A stretch of DNA of 60,454 nt, counting the filler, from Sluysia triapertura (lineage: Eukaryota), in NCBI GenBank assembly GCA_046118255.1. It is 5 parts of 5 records of this genome, joined end to end, with 100 filler letters (N's around TTAATTAATTAA, not from the genome) between each part and the next. Parts side by side here need not be neighbours in the genome. Positions count along the whole stretch, not along the records: positions 36,944 to 49,011 come from JBJNIA010142389.1; positions 49,112 to 60,454 come from JBJNIA010185768.1; 3 more parts are not named here. The stretch is one strand, 5' to 3'. The notes under the pieces were generated by a model, which worked only from the letters and a program-made list of their open reading frames with translations, was not told the DNA's origin and did not search any database. Below are positions 39,830 to 53,173 of this stretch, in pieces (position 1 is the stretch's first letter; each line of letters opens with the position of its first letter). The position numbers were made by a program, and so were the translations under genes.

Positions 39830-41640
39830 GTGTTTAAAACTCTTTCCTATTTAGGGAAGGAAGGTCTTCTTTTCATTTTCACTATAGGAATAAGGGATTT
39901 CTCCATAGACTTTGTATCTTCGCCATAATCTTTCGAAGTTTATAGTCTTTTAGGCCTTCACTGTTGACTTAGAAACTTTTTCTCTACAGTCTTTTGTTCT
40001 TGCTTTGATCATGAATTTAGTGAGGGCGTTATTGCTTTTTTAAAATTAAACAAAGATGTATGGCAAAATGTTAACTGATTTTTATTTTTTAAGTTTTTAA
40101 AAAATTTAGAATTTTAATTTTAACAATATTTTAATTTTAACAATATTTTAATTTTAAAATACTTTAAACATTTTTGTAACAAATTTACCAAATAAATATT
40201 AAACGAGAAAATTAACAAAATAAACAAAAAGAAATTTATAATATAAAACATATACAGTTATGTCCATAACTTGAACTAGACATTCATAATTTGATGACCG
40301 TATATTTTCTGAGCTACACTTTTCAATAGAAACAAGAGTAGTAGTATCATGCTTTAATTTCTTTTTTAACATTTCTTTCTGTTCTATACTAGCATCATAA
40401 GAACGAGGTTCATGATTGCGCTTAGTTCAACTAGAATAAGATCTTTAATTGGTGACCGCGATTGACAATTCGAACAATGTTGATCAAGCATAATTTTATT
40501 AAAAATATTAATTGTACATATTCTATTATTTTATTTTTTAACATAACATTAATAATTAATAAATATTAATTTTTAATTTTTTGTTACTTCAGAACTTTAA
40601 TTATTATTATTTTTTTATTATTTTATTAGGTTTGAAAAACAAAAAATATGCAAACAAAAATAAAACCAGCAAACGTATACAAATCAAAAATGAGAACGAT
40701 TAAAATAAGTAATTATTCTAATTATTTTATCTACTTACATTTGTAAACAACATATTTCATATTAAAAATATATTTTACAATTCATAAACTTAAATTATAT
40801 CATCTATTACAAAACTATAATCCGCTGGATGTTTAAACAAAAAAATCAGCATTCAAAATTTAATTTCTTAATGTGGTAATAAGTTTTTATGATCATTTTT
40901 GAGTAACTAGACTGATTGAAGTAATTTTTGTCAAAGAGATTCATCTTGAATACCAGCTTTTAAAATATCTTCACATGTGTTACGACAGTGAAGAAGAAAT
41001 AAGTAATTAAGAGATACTTTCATCTAATCGCAACGAATTGACCCATTAGATTGGATGAATTGGTTTTTGAAGAACAACATATCTTATGTCTTGCTTGACT
41101 AACATTTCTTCAGTTTCTCGAGTGATTTCGTTCTCACTTTCAACTTTCATTGATGTGCATGGCTTTACACACACACTTCTTCTGCTCATGCATTGCTTAG
41201 GTGCAGTTTCCTCCAACAATTATATTGTTTAGCTTTTGTGTTGACTGTGACGGCTGTGAGGTACATTATGTAGCACCACTTAAAACTGGATCGGTTGGTA
41301 GAAAATCTTCTTGACATGCAACTTCATTGGTTGAATTAGGACTAACAATAGTATCTCGATTATAAGGGAATCTCAGATTCATCATGGTTAAGAGAAAAAC
41401 TTGCTGGTAAAAAGGATGCAGAAGAATGCATTTGGGTTAGATATTCCAGGAAGATATTTTGATTCTCTTCTTTTTTGTGATGGTGGTTAGTACATGAAAC
41501 TCTCACACTATTGGATACAAAACTGTTCAAATTGTTTTCGTCTGTTAACGTTGAAGAATAATCAGTTGGTAACAGGCGAAACATGCCTTCCCTATCGTGA
41601 AGAATTTTGATTGAAGTTATGATCTAGACACGGTGTGATT
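39830..41640 (-). pseudogene. Decayed multi-exon host-like gene (blocks ~40860-41640, 40255-40430, 39830-40075)
   Basis: GC-richer blocks, two with AG acceptors, give coding-like translation (e.g. KRNHEPRSYDASIEQKEMLKKKLKH) broken by many stops. No family recognised. Confidence 0.35.
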
Positions 41641-41929
41641 AAAAGGTAATAAAACATGTTTGGTCAAGCGGATAAGACTTTATCGACTATATAGATTGAT
41701 TGTGATTTTGAGATTTTCTAGTTTTTAGAAGATTCAATTAAAGTATGTGTCGATTTTTTAGTGTAATAAAACCTAATAAGAGTGATAAAATGTTTATGGA
41801 GAATAAGAATAAACATACTGTTGTGTCTTTTATTTTCCAGATTATTAAATTAGAACTCAACAACTAAATAAACTCAAAATCTCGATATATTCACAAAACT
41901 ACAACTAGAATATATATGCTAGTATTTCC

Positions 41930-43207
41930 TTATACTTAACAAATTATCTGATAGGTCAGTTCGCCTAGTATATACGTTTTATACCAAACTTGGAGACGTA
42001 TTACTAGGTTTTTTGAAATATTAAAACTTAACTTAAAGTCTAGGTAGATTGATTAATTGCGTCTACAATCAACTGAATTTATACTTAGTGTTTATCTAAA
42101 ACTTAAACAACTAAATAAAATTAACTTTTCTAAGTCGTTGGATTTTAGGTATGTTTCACAACCCTTTTATTAAGGTGTTGTTAAATAAAAGTAAATTTCA
42201 CAACTCTCTTAATGAGATGTTGTATAGAAAATGTAATTTTATGAGTTTACACAACCCTTCTTTAGATTAAGGTGTTGTTGAATAAATATTTATACTTTTA
42301 TTTAGTTGTTTTACTCGACTCTCAATAAAACAAAATTACTTAACACTCTAAAATTTTTATTCGTAAAAACTAAACTAAAGACTTACAGCTATATTCACAA
42401 AATACACAACTTATATAATAACAATAATTATTTTACTTAATTCAACACTGTGGTTGATTAATTTGAATTTATAAGAAATTACTCGACCCTGTTATTAAGG
42501 TGTCGATAAAAATAACTAAATTAGATTAAGTGTGAGTTTATATATCCCTATTTAAGGTGATATAATAACGACTTATTTATTAAAAAATTACTTTAAAGAC
42601 ATGGAAAATATCTGAATTCGAATTTATGTAGAAATATTTCTTCTTGAAATCTTCTTCTTATAATTATTTTTTCCAAAAATCTTCTTTAAATTTCTTTTAT
42701 AAATTTTCTTAAATCTGTTCTAAAATTTTCTTTAAATCTTTTCTAAAATTTTCTTTAATTCTAAATCCAAAAAATTTGTCCTTCTGTTAACCAAATATTT
42801 GTTGTCTAAATATTCGTTCTGACAGTTTTAGATAAAACTTACCTATTTATAGAAGTTTTTTCAATATGTCTTCTGATCAATATAAACAAAAAATATTCTC
42901 GAGAATTTTCCAGAATTTAAACAAATGAATATAATTAATAATTCCCGATACTTTAAAATTATTAATTATTTTTAAATTATTATTTAATTATTATTTGTAA
43001 TTTTATTTAAATTTAAAATTAGAAATTTTATTTGAATTCATAAAAAAAAACTTTATTTAATAATTAAAAATTTTATAATATTAATATCAATTTTAAGAAT
43101 AAAACATATAATAAATTTTACACATAAAATTATCCTTTACAAAACATAAAATTATCCTTTACAAAACATAAAATTATCCTTTACAAAACATAAAATTATC
43201 CTTTACA
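41930..43207 (-). mobile_element. LTR-like element homologous to 9170-10250
   Basis: Minus strand starts TGTAAAGG; TATAAATAGG at ~42842-42851; five hairpins of the CACAACCC..TTAAGGTGTTG type. The left boundary is approximate. Confidence 0.55.
43122..43207. repeat. 22-bp tandem repeat, ~4 copies (ACATAAAATTATCCTTTACAAA)
   Basis: Directly visible; corresponds to the terminal 22 bp of the LTR-like element. Confidence 0.95.
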
Positions 43208-43591
43208 TTTTTGTATTTTATAAATTAAAAATAGCTAAATTATTTAATACAACCAAGCACGAATATTTTTAATATTCATATTCATTGTTGCATTTTTTTA
43301 CTAATGCAAAATTGTGCTATCTAATGCAGGTTACCTCAATAAATAAAGATTTTTGTGCAAACAGTGATGTTAAATAGTAATTGTTGGCAATAGAGTAATA
43401 TAAAGTGCAAGTTCGTTCGATGTAAAAGCAAACAAAATAATAAAATGATAATTTTACTTTAAATGTTTATTTATATTTTGTGTTTTTATTAAATTAAAAG
43501 AATTTGTTAAAAAATTGTATGAAAATAATGTCTAAAATGTTTTAAAAATTGAATTTTGAATTAACAAAAAACTTCACAATTATAATCTTAG

Positions 43592-43852
43592 GAAAAAGAA
43601 TCATTCCAATACCTAATGAATTCGAAAGCATCTTTGGTTTTACCGGCATATTCTTATGATCGCCCATTGAACGTTTACGAGTTAGTTAATCAATCTACTC
43701 GTATCGGTGGAAGTAGAGCACCTCTGGAAAATGTTGATTCTGATGAAACGGAAAAATCAGTATTCACAGAACAATTAGTTGCTAAAATTATTGTCGATAT
43801 CCGTGAATTTCGGAGTGAATTGCCAGCTTTGTTACATAAGAAAGGATTTCAA
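43592..43852 (+). CDS. ERCC4: DNA repair endonuclease XPF, exon covering the linker and start of the ERCC4 nuclease domain
   Basis: [44 protein letters not shown] matches XPF [44 protein letters not shown]. AG at 43590-43591, GT at 43853. Confidence 0.93.
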
Positions 43853-44139
43853 GTATAATGATTAATTTTCTATTGAAAATTGTTTGCATTCGCGTATGTG
43901 TGCGTGAGGGTTTTATGCTGAAATATTTACAATCTCAAAATAGAATTAATTGTTTCACCTATAGTTGGCGTCTTATGACCTAAATGATAGGCACTCTTAA
44001 ATAATAATTTTATAAATTACTAGTGGGCCTTCAGCCAGGTCAAACTAATATCGAAAGATTTAGTATAAAATTTAACTTCATGCTAATCTTATTTGTTAGA
44101 TAATAACCTTGTTTGTGTTTGAGTTTTAATGTATATAAT

Positions 44140-45086
44140 TGTTAGAAGAGGAAGCGACTCTTATATTTGTGTCGTGAGTAAAATACGATGTCGTTTATAA
44201 GTTAAGTTTAGTTTTAAAGTCTGTATAGTTGTAAGTTGATATCTAACAATGGGTTTTATTTTATTATCGAAGGTGCTCGTTCGCTCGTCGTTGCTGGAAC
44301 GATGGAAGTGCAAGTTTCTGCTTGAGATATCTATAAAAACTACTTAAGTTATTTGCTTTAAATGCTCACAAGAATTATTCGAAACGCTTGCTTAAAATGC
44401 TTATAGGAATTATCTTACAAACTTGCTTAAAATGTCTGAGCCTCGTTTACTTGCTAAAATAAAAACTCAATTTAATTAGAATGAGATTTATTACACAATA
44501 AAATACGATCATGTAAAATACAATGTTAACGTTACTATAAAACGTAATAAATTTAAAATTTAATTTAGTAATTTAATAAAATATTATTCTGATAATAGAA
44601 AAATGTTATAAAAATTAATAGTTAATGTTAAATTGTTACCTCGAACTTGAACCAAACAATATACTTAAACGAATGATATAGCTCGAACCAAATAAAATTC
44701 TTGAACCAAATAATATTCTCGAACTTGAACCTTGAACCGAATAATAATCTTCACCAAATTATTTACCTTGGTGATTTTGCTCTTCTATTTATACTTGAAA
44801 TTTGTATGTAGTAATCCATTTTAAATAAAAAAGTAATTTATTTTCTATAATATCGTCTTTATAAAGTTTTTTCATTAATTACATCCATTAGTTTTCATTA
44901 CTTTTGATATTATTTATTTACTTTCTAAATTTCATGTCATTTGATTGTAATTACTTTTTGATTAATTTAAATTTCATATCTTTTCATTGTAATTACTTTT
45001 TCATTTATTCTATAGTTAATTGTTAATTTAAATTTAATTTTAAAATTAATTTTTTAATTTATTTAACATGATTTATTACTCTTACA
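44140..45086 (-). mobile_element. Probable solo LTR (947 bp)
   Basis: TGTTAG...CTTACA termini, 4-bp flanking duplication TAAT, minus-strand TATAAATAG at ~44785-44793, internal short tandem repeats (CTTGCTTAAAATG; GAACCAAATAA). Confidence 0.6.
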
Positions 45087-48000
45087 TAATTTTGTTATTC
45101 TTACATATTTACAAGCTACAAACTCATCATTGTCCATTTTAATTATAATGGTTCAATAAAATTGGTTAGTCATGCATGACCTTATAGGCGTACTCTTATT
45201 AACTGACAATCAAAGATAATACAATAACAAAGAAAATATATCAATTAAAGTATATACATGTACCAAAAACTTAAACATATAAAAAATACAATAAACAAAG
45301 CGAATGTTAAATATTAAGATACAAAGCTTTATTATTGTTAATTCTAAATTTGAAATATATTTTGTGATAATCTTTAAAATTGTCTACAAATGATGTTAAG
45401 TTTACATATTTTTTATGCGTCCCTTGAAGAGGCGAAAATTTAGCAGAATAAACTAAATTGGAAATGTCAACGGTGAACCTTTAACAACAAAATCTCGTAA
45501 TAACATAGATTAATGATAATAATGAAAAGCAAATCGTTTTACAACAAAATATAAATACTTTATTCTTGAACAAATTTATCATCACTAAAATTTTTCTTTT
45601 ACATATTTGTTTTCTCTTTTTTACTCTTAAAAATTTTAAAAACAAAAATTAATTATTACTCGTTTAGCAATATAATAAATTACTTCGGCAAACATTCGAG
45701 ATTATTAATATCTGCACGTTTGTTATTCCAACCCAAAAGAAATAATATCCATTTTAAACTGTAACGAAATTATTTCGAGGGATATCCGAAATTTTGTTCA
45801 AAAAAATTATGTTTATAATCAATACGAACCAAATAATTTTCATAAAATTTTGTCCAAAATCAATATAAGCCAAATGTATCTTTTCTTTTTATTTCATTCC
45901 CCTTAAAAATGTTTGTTTTTATATTAAAATGGCCCGACATTTTATGACCGTTATGTTATCTTAAAAATCGCTTTCTTTCTATAGTTAATTTCATTGTTTG
46001 TCCAATTATTGACTTAAATACTTTTATATATTTTTTTATTTGTTCCTTGGCCATTTTCTTCTATACACGAAAAGGTTGCATTTTATTATAAAGTTTTTTC
46101 ATGCATATGTAATTTTATTATAATCACATTATACACCCCATTTATTTTACATGAAGTTCATTTTATATATCATAGTTGCCCTTATAAACTTGATAGATGT
46201 AATTTTTGAATACATGCGTATTTATTTTTACATTTATTTTATTTTATATTATAGACATAATGGAATTATACATATAACATTTTCATATTAATTTACGTAC
46301 TACATTTTTATTTTTAGACTACATACATACTTATTTTCTTTTTAGTTACTTTTAGATTATTTGATGATTTGATTATAATCTTATCCTATTGCTTTTTGTG
46401 TTATATTATTTGCCAACTTCTATGTAATAGCTTACTTTTTATTTATATTTAATATTTATGTATTCCTAGGATGTTTCTTTTCAATTCATAGCTTTCCATT
46501 CTTTCTATTTACCCTTACAATGGGCCCAAGTGTTAATTTCACTAGTTATTTTCTGGTAATATGTTACATGAAAATTGTTTTGACTTGAATTATATAATAA
46601 AATAATGCGTTTATTTACAATGTTAGATGTAACTTCTATCTTATTTCACTCACTTATATTTTAATATTTTGTTGTGTGGAATTACTTATTGCTATTCTCT
46701 TAAATATCTTAAAATTTGTTCTGAAGGTTCTATTCTTTACTTATTTCTGATGGTCAAGGTTGAGGTTCAGTTGATATTATGTAAACATTTTCAAACTTTC
46801 TCTTGTTTTGAATTTAAAATGGAAAAAGTTAATTAATCACATGTAATTTTTTTATCAATTACTTTTTTTAAAATTGACCTCTATCGTTATTTATTAGGTT
46901 ACTTTATTAGCTAATGAAGTTAAATATAATTTAGTTATAAAATGTTTGAGTTTAGTAAGTCTGATATCGAGTTAAACCCGATATGAACTTCCTTATCCAC
47001 CATTAAATTTATTTTTATATTGAAATTTTAATTAAACTTTTTAATTAATTTAATATTTAATTTAAAATATTTTCATTAATTTTCGTATGATTTAATTAAT
47101 ACAGCCGATAATAATTTTTAAATTTATTAAGTTTTCTTGTATTTACATTTAATTGGTAACTTCGTTTAATAATTTCATTTATGAATTTTCATTGGAATTA
47201 ATTAATTATTTAGAATTAATTATGGATTTACATTTACCATATGGTTGGTTTAAATTTGGTTATTTTATGGGTCCAATGGGCCCATCCAGGGAAATGCATG
47301 CATACTTTTTTGGTAGACTTAAGGTTAAGTGTGATAAGTTCCATTCTGTATTCTTATTTTAGTTTCATTTTTGTGGTGGCACAGCCATTTGCGGCACTTT
47401 TATTATCACCCACATTCATAAATTTACGTAAAATTCATTCACAAACATTCTATACTTCTGTAGTATTTCAACCACACACTGTAATCTCATTGTCGTTTTC
47501 ATACATAAATTCACACAAGTCATAATTCAAGTCATACATAATAACATATAAAATATTTTATACACGTTACCACTTCAACTTACGCAATACAAAAAGCCTA
47601 CACTAAAATATATTTAAGTTATTAACCGTTAAATTTACCAGAAATTACATATTACACCAAATGAACATCACACATTATTAATTCACTGTACACAACACAA
47701 TTCATGAATTTTAAAACTTCAAGCCACAAAATCTTTTAATAAAATGAAATTAACTTGATCAAATTATAATAACCAAATATGTTAATATTATGCTTTAGTT
47801 TTATGAATCCTCATCATCGCCATTATCAGTTATCTTTTGTATTTATTTTTGTTTTTACTGATGTACCAACCTTTTAGCACAATTTTAATTAGAACTCCAA
47901 ATTCTACGTAATACATTTATGTTTTGGGTAAAAATTATCTTTTTGCTAAAAATTACTTTTTATTTAAAAATTAGGCATTACTTAAAAAATAAAAATTATG

Positions 48001-48926
48001 CGTTAATTAAATAATTATATTAATTAATAATCACACATTCTTTTTGTTTAAATGCGTTATTACTTCCGTATTACAATATAGTCCTAATTTTCGTTTATTA
48101 TTTCCCTTTTATTATTGTTTTTATAATTTATATTTTTATATATTTTATTATTCGTATTTATTCGTAGTGAATAAACAAATGATGTATATTCACTATGAAA
48201 GTTATCGAGACTTTCATTTCAAATATTATGAGTTTTCTTAGAATAGATTACAACATTGTTAGAGATGGAACGTTTCTCAAAAACAACGTCGATATCTCTG
48301 AGAAGTTTCTCAGAATTAACGTAGACAGATGAAACATTCCTCAGCGATGTGTTTTTAGAGACAAAACTTTTCTCAGAATGGAATCCATGAAGGGTTCTAG
48401 ACTAATTCAGAATATTTTTAGAAATATCAGTAATTTTGAAAATTGTTCTCAACTAGTTAGACTAGTGTTTTTTAAAACTGTTGATTATATTTGTTATGCG
48501 TTAAATAATCAAGTTATGCGCAGCAAATTGCTTAATTTGCAAGATGGTTTAAGACACTGATAATTTAAAATATTATTATGAATGTTCGTTTTTTCGAAAG
48601 ATTCAGACAAAGAGTTATAGAGCAAAATGTGTAAAGTCCGTTGCACATTTGGTAACTAGCTTATTTATGAGACAGGTGGATCGCTCGGAGAATATTTGGA
48701 CCTGTATGCCCTATTGCGGGAGACGTTGCTTATTTCCGAAGGTTGTCTTTTCATATTGTACGTGTCTGTATTTGATCTATCATTTTTGTTCTATTGTTGT
48801 TATTTTTACAATTCGCATAATATATGGAGATTTTGTATTTTCTTATTCAATTTATATTATCAAGGACCTTAAGTCCACTTTTATAAATGTGAGAGAATAA
48901 AAGATAGAAGATTTTTAAAATTTAAT

Positions 48927-48974
48927 GTGAGTTAACCAACGTACTGGACTTACCAGTGAGGGCCAGCCGTTGGA
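48927..48974 (+). repeat. Structured ~48-nt dispersed motif, copy A
   Basis: GTGAGTTAACCAACGTACTGGACTTACCAGTGAGGGCCAGCCGTTGGA. Confidence 0.85.
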
Positions 48975-49011
48975 TTTCTACTATATAAAGTGCGAGGTTT
49001 GCCTAGTAAAG

Positions 49012-49111
49012 NNNNNNNNNNNNNNNNNNNNNNNNNNNNNNNNNNNNNNNNNNNNTTAATTAATTAANNNNNNNNNNNNNNNNNNNNNNNNNNNNNNNNN
49101 NNNNNNNNNNN
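49012..49111. other. Artificial contig-joining spacer
   Basis: N44-TTAATTAATTAA-N44. Confidence 0.98.
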
Positions 49112-50402
49112 ATATATGAGAATAATTAAAATATTGTACAATTTTTCTACAATAATACAAATGAATATCAGATGAATGTAAGAATATTTATATTGTAAAA
49201 TAAATTTTATAATTTTTAATCGAACAAGTTTAATTTTAAATAAATTTTAATATACTAAACCTCAAAAGAAACACTTTAAAAGTCTTAATATTCTCAACAG
49301 ATTCAGATAAATAGCTTAGAAATACGGAATTAGGAAAAGAATGTATCAAAATGAAGTAAACCCAAATTAGAATAAGAAAACTTTGGATGGAATTAATTAG
49401 CAAATAAAGAAAATTGAATGGATCCACAGTCAGAATTAAAAGCATGTTATTTTATTAAAATGAAAATGAATACTTTTCCGTTGAAATTTTAGTACTCATC
49501 TAAAATATTCACAAAATATCACACCTACAACAAAACATTAAATAAATACACAATCATTTAAATATCCGTAAAATCTCTAAAACTTAAAATTAACTATAAA
49601 TAATAATGTAACGTAAGAATGAAATTTCTATAAAAGCTAATCGAGTTTTCTTTTCCTTTTCTTTTAAAGTACAATTTAATGAATTAGAACAATTGACTGC
49701 TAAATATAAGAAATTTGTATTGGACTATGATTTGCAAAGGAATTAATAAACTCAGAAAACATAAAACAAGAAACGAATAATCGAAATCTTACAGCTAAAG
49801 ATGAAATAAATAAAGGAAATCAATAAATATGTCAAGAAGTAACGCATAAATTTTATCAAACAAAAGAAAAAGAAAGCCAAAATTATATTGATAATATAAT
49901 TAATCAACGTTCATCAGAAATTAGTAAAGATGATATACGAGTAGCAGAAAATAACACAATTATAAAGAATAATTAAGAGATTAAAAATTAAGTATCAAGT
50001 TTTGAAAGCGCTTGAACAAGAAAATCAATACACATTAAATTTGAAGTCACATAAAGTGAAATTTACAATATATACGTTTATGCGTTTTTGAACCTTTTTC
50101 AGGTTAAAGAACACTTTCCAATGATTACAGTACACCTTCAGGACTGTCGATATGTCTTGTGCCATGTTTTATAGTGACAAAAACAAATCCACATCTCTTG
50201 TCGAAAATTTAATTTAGGTTTTAAAATAGGTTTAAATACAGTACCACCATCGATGACTCCACGTAGTCAAATCACACCGACCAATAGAAACCTAACAATG
50301 CTCACTAATTCTTGTTTCAACTTATTTATCATATTGTTGGGATAAAAAGGTGTAAAGTGCCACTTGGTAAAATTGACTTTAATAATCTAAAATTGTTAGA
50401 CG

Positions 50403-50474
50403 GGGCTGATAACTCAGTGGTAAAGCATTAGAACTCCGCAGCGAGGGTCCCGGGTTCGATCCCCGGTCAGTCCA
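50403..50474 (+). pseudogene. tRNA-like sequence (tRNA-Ala-related SINE head or pseudo-tRNA)
   Basis: Acceptor stem GGGCTGA/TCAGTCC, perfect T arm CCGGG-TTCGATC-CCCGG, A box and TTTT terminator are present. The D stem is damaged and the anticodon arm does not pair. Confidence 0.75.
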
Positions 50475-50899
50475 TTTTATGGGGTCTAACAATATTATGT
50501 GTCAAATAATCGTTTTTAAATTGGTTTGCTGGAGACATAATTTACTGAATCTTTATATAGCTTTAGTGGATTTGAAAAAAATGTGAAAAAGGCTTTGATA
50601 GAAAATTGGGTGAAATGTTATGGTACATGATTTTATGTGAACTGTTTTGAATTAAGTTTGTACTGTTACGAATTAATTTTTTAAAGTTAATCTTTGATGA
50701 TTTTCAGTACTGAATGTGAATTTAGTATATTGTAAGTTTATATTTAGAAGTATTAAGGATTATAAAATTTTTGGCTAGTAATTTTGTTGTGTTTTATTGG
50801 GATAAAATTTCAAATTGTTGGGTTTTAATTTTATATGTAATTTTATATATAGGTACCGGTCAAATGACCGATGATGGTATGAATGGGTATACATCAAAA

Positions 50900-51400
50900 A
50901 TTGGATCGATTAGAAATGAATATGAAGATGAATTCGTATTTTATTAGAGATGAATGAAGGAGCTTAATAATGAAAGAATATAAGTTTCTAATGGCAACAA
51001 ATTTTGCACACAGATTGAAAAATTATTCAAACTTATCATATAGAACTGTCAAGAGATTTATCGACAGAGTTAAATACAGTAGTTGAGTTCATAAGTTAAA
51101 AAACAAAAAAAAGTTCATTATCTTCGTGAATGTACACTGCAGTAAATACAAAGAAATTGATCGAATAATTAGAACTGAATTAAAGTATCCGTCATGTAAT
51201 TCTGACGTGGTTCAGAGTGATTTTCGATTGTATGACACTTAATTAAGATTTGGAGAAGTCAGAATTTTGAATCATCACTGAATTAATGCTCATAATGAAG
51301 CTATATTTCGAAAAATCTAAATTCTATAACTACAAAAGCACTTGCAAATTTGTGTTCAAACTAAACGTTTTTTATAATAAGCAAAACCTATAAATGTTTT
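50900..51400 (+). mobile_element. Highly degenerate mariner transposase remnant
   Basis: KYPSCNSDVVQSDFRLYDTL (~51183-51240) resembles HPPYSPDLAPSDFHLF. Confidence 0.5.
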
Positions 51401-51819
51401 GCTAAATGTGTGAAATATTGTGTTGGTATTTATTTTATTTCTATATTAGACTCACTTACTGCACATATAATTTATTGATTTAAATTTTTCAATGATAAAA
51501 ATCTTACAAATTATATATAACATTATGTCTTTCTTTATTAAAATTTTACTAATTACATTTAACTATAGTTTTTAAAATTAATTACTCTAACTTCTTATTA
51601 GTTAAAAAAGTAATTTTTAATGGATTGTTAAATATTTTTCTAATAAAATACTAACATTATTACTATATCTAAATTGATAAAATCACACAATATAAAAATA
51701 AATTATAAATTATAAATATAAGAAATATTAAGGAAAATTGAAAAAAATGCTTTAAATTCAAACAAAATGTTATAAAGAAAATAATCTAAATAATTTATAA
51801 AGATATTAAATAATTTTCA

Positions 51820-52436
51820 AAAGGAAACATGATTGCGTAATTTTGAAAAGTAATTATTGCCATTTTAATATAAAATCGTTCAAAAAGGATAATTGATTTA
51901 CCATATGAACTTATAATGTATCACTGATAATAAATAAATTTGGAACATTTGGCAGTAATTATTACATAAAGACAGTAAAATAAGATTATAAAATAAAATT
52001 CAAAATTTATTTTATTTAATGACTAAATCATGTAGTTCAGATTTAGAATTAAAATATTTTCATTTGAAAATAAGTTAGAAATTCTTTGAAAAATTGAAGT
52101 TACACTTCTTAAATTGGACCGTTCAGGTTTCGATCCCAGAACCGTTCATCATAAAACCCCTTTAACAATTTGTAATTTAAAAAACTATATGCATCCATAA
52201 AAAATAATATAAAATTTTATTATCGATAAAATCATCGTAAAGAAATGACCTGAGCAATCAAATACACATTTTAATCAAACTTTACCAGAATAAATCTAAG
52301 ACAGGATTTATTTTATTTTCTTTTCTATTAAAGTTACATTTTCCCCATATCTGAGAAACATTCACCTTGTCGTGGTTCTACTCATTTACATGCTTCTGAG
52401 AAGGTGGTCAATAAAGCTTTAAACTTACATTTATGA
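51820..52436 (+). pseudogene. Putative Polinton minor capsid (penton) remnant
   Basis: CVILKSN..IIDLPYEL (cf. YVTLPSN..TxLP), VTFSPYLRNIH (cf. GDTxAPLLR), terminal LHL; lies upstream of the MCP. Confidence 0.4.
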
Positions 52437-53173
52437 AAATGAAAAGAATATAAAAAATGAAATAATAAACAACTATGGATTATCTCAATCAAAACTTCAA
52501 AGTACTAATTAATTAATGGTAAATCTTTAAAATCAATGTTTTTTTTTAAATTACGCCTTAATTTTTATTTTCGTAATCATTTTTTTTGATAAGCTACAGA
52601 AAAAAATACGGAGGTAATGAAACATTAGCAATAAAAATAAACAATATGTACCTACATTGTTAGTTGTTTTCATAAACAATGGCAAGTGATGAAAATAAAT
52701 TTTAAAAATTTATCAAAATTTATTTCCTAAGACTAAAGTAAACAAACACAATAACAAAAAAATAAATTTCTAATTATTTGATATCCATTGTTTCATATGT
52801 CACTAGAAAAATCCTCGTAAGTGAGCAACATTTTCGGTGCGTATTATTGTTCTTAGATGTTTCTTGTATATTTATTTATTGTTATTTTACTTATTGATTT
52901 TATTAAAACATTTAAAATCGTTAATTATAATTAATAATTGAATTAAATTTAATGTTTGTTGCAGTGTTTATAAATAAGCAATAGTATCCGAAAAATTAAA
53001 ATGAATTTTTAAGTAATGACGAGTAAGAAAAATATAACTCAAGGTGAGTTATTTGTGCGTTTTTGTGCGATCTCATAATTATAATTAAATTAAATAAAAA
53101 ATCGCATAAAAAGGACCGCGTAAATAAAGGTTTGAGTGTACCATCAAAATAAAAATAAGTGAAACTATATGTA

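Noticed and set aside
42157-42564. CRISPR-like repeat-spacer array
   Set aside because: Repeats are degenerate, spacing is irregular, no cas genes are present and the context is a eukaryotic LTR.
50403-50474. Functional tRNA gene
   Set aside because: The anticodon stem does not pair, the D stem is mismatched, and related fragments show it is a repeat.
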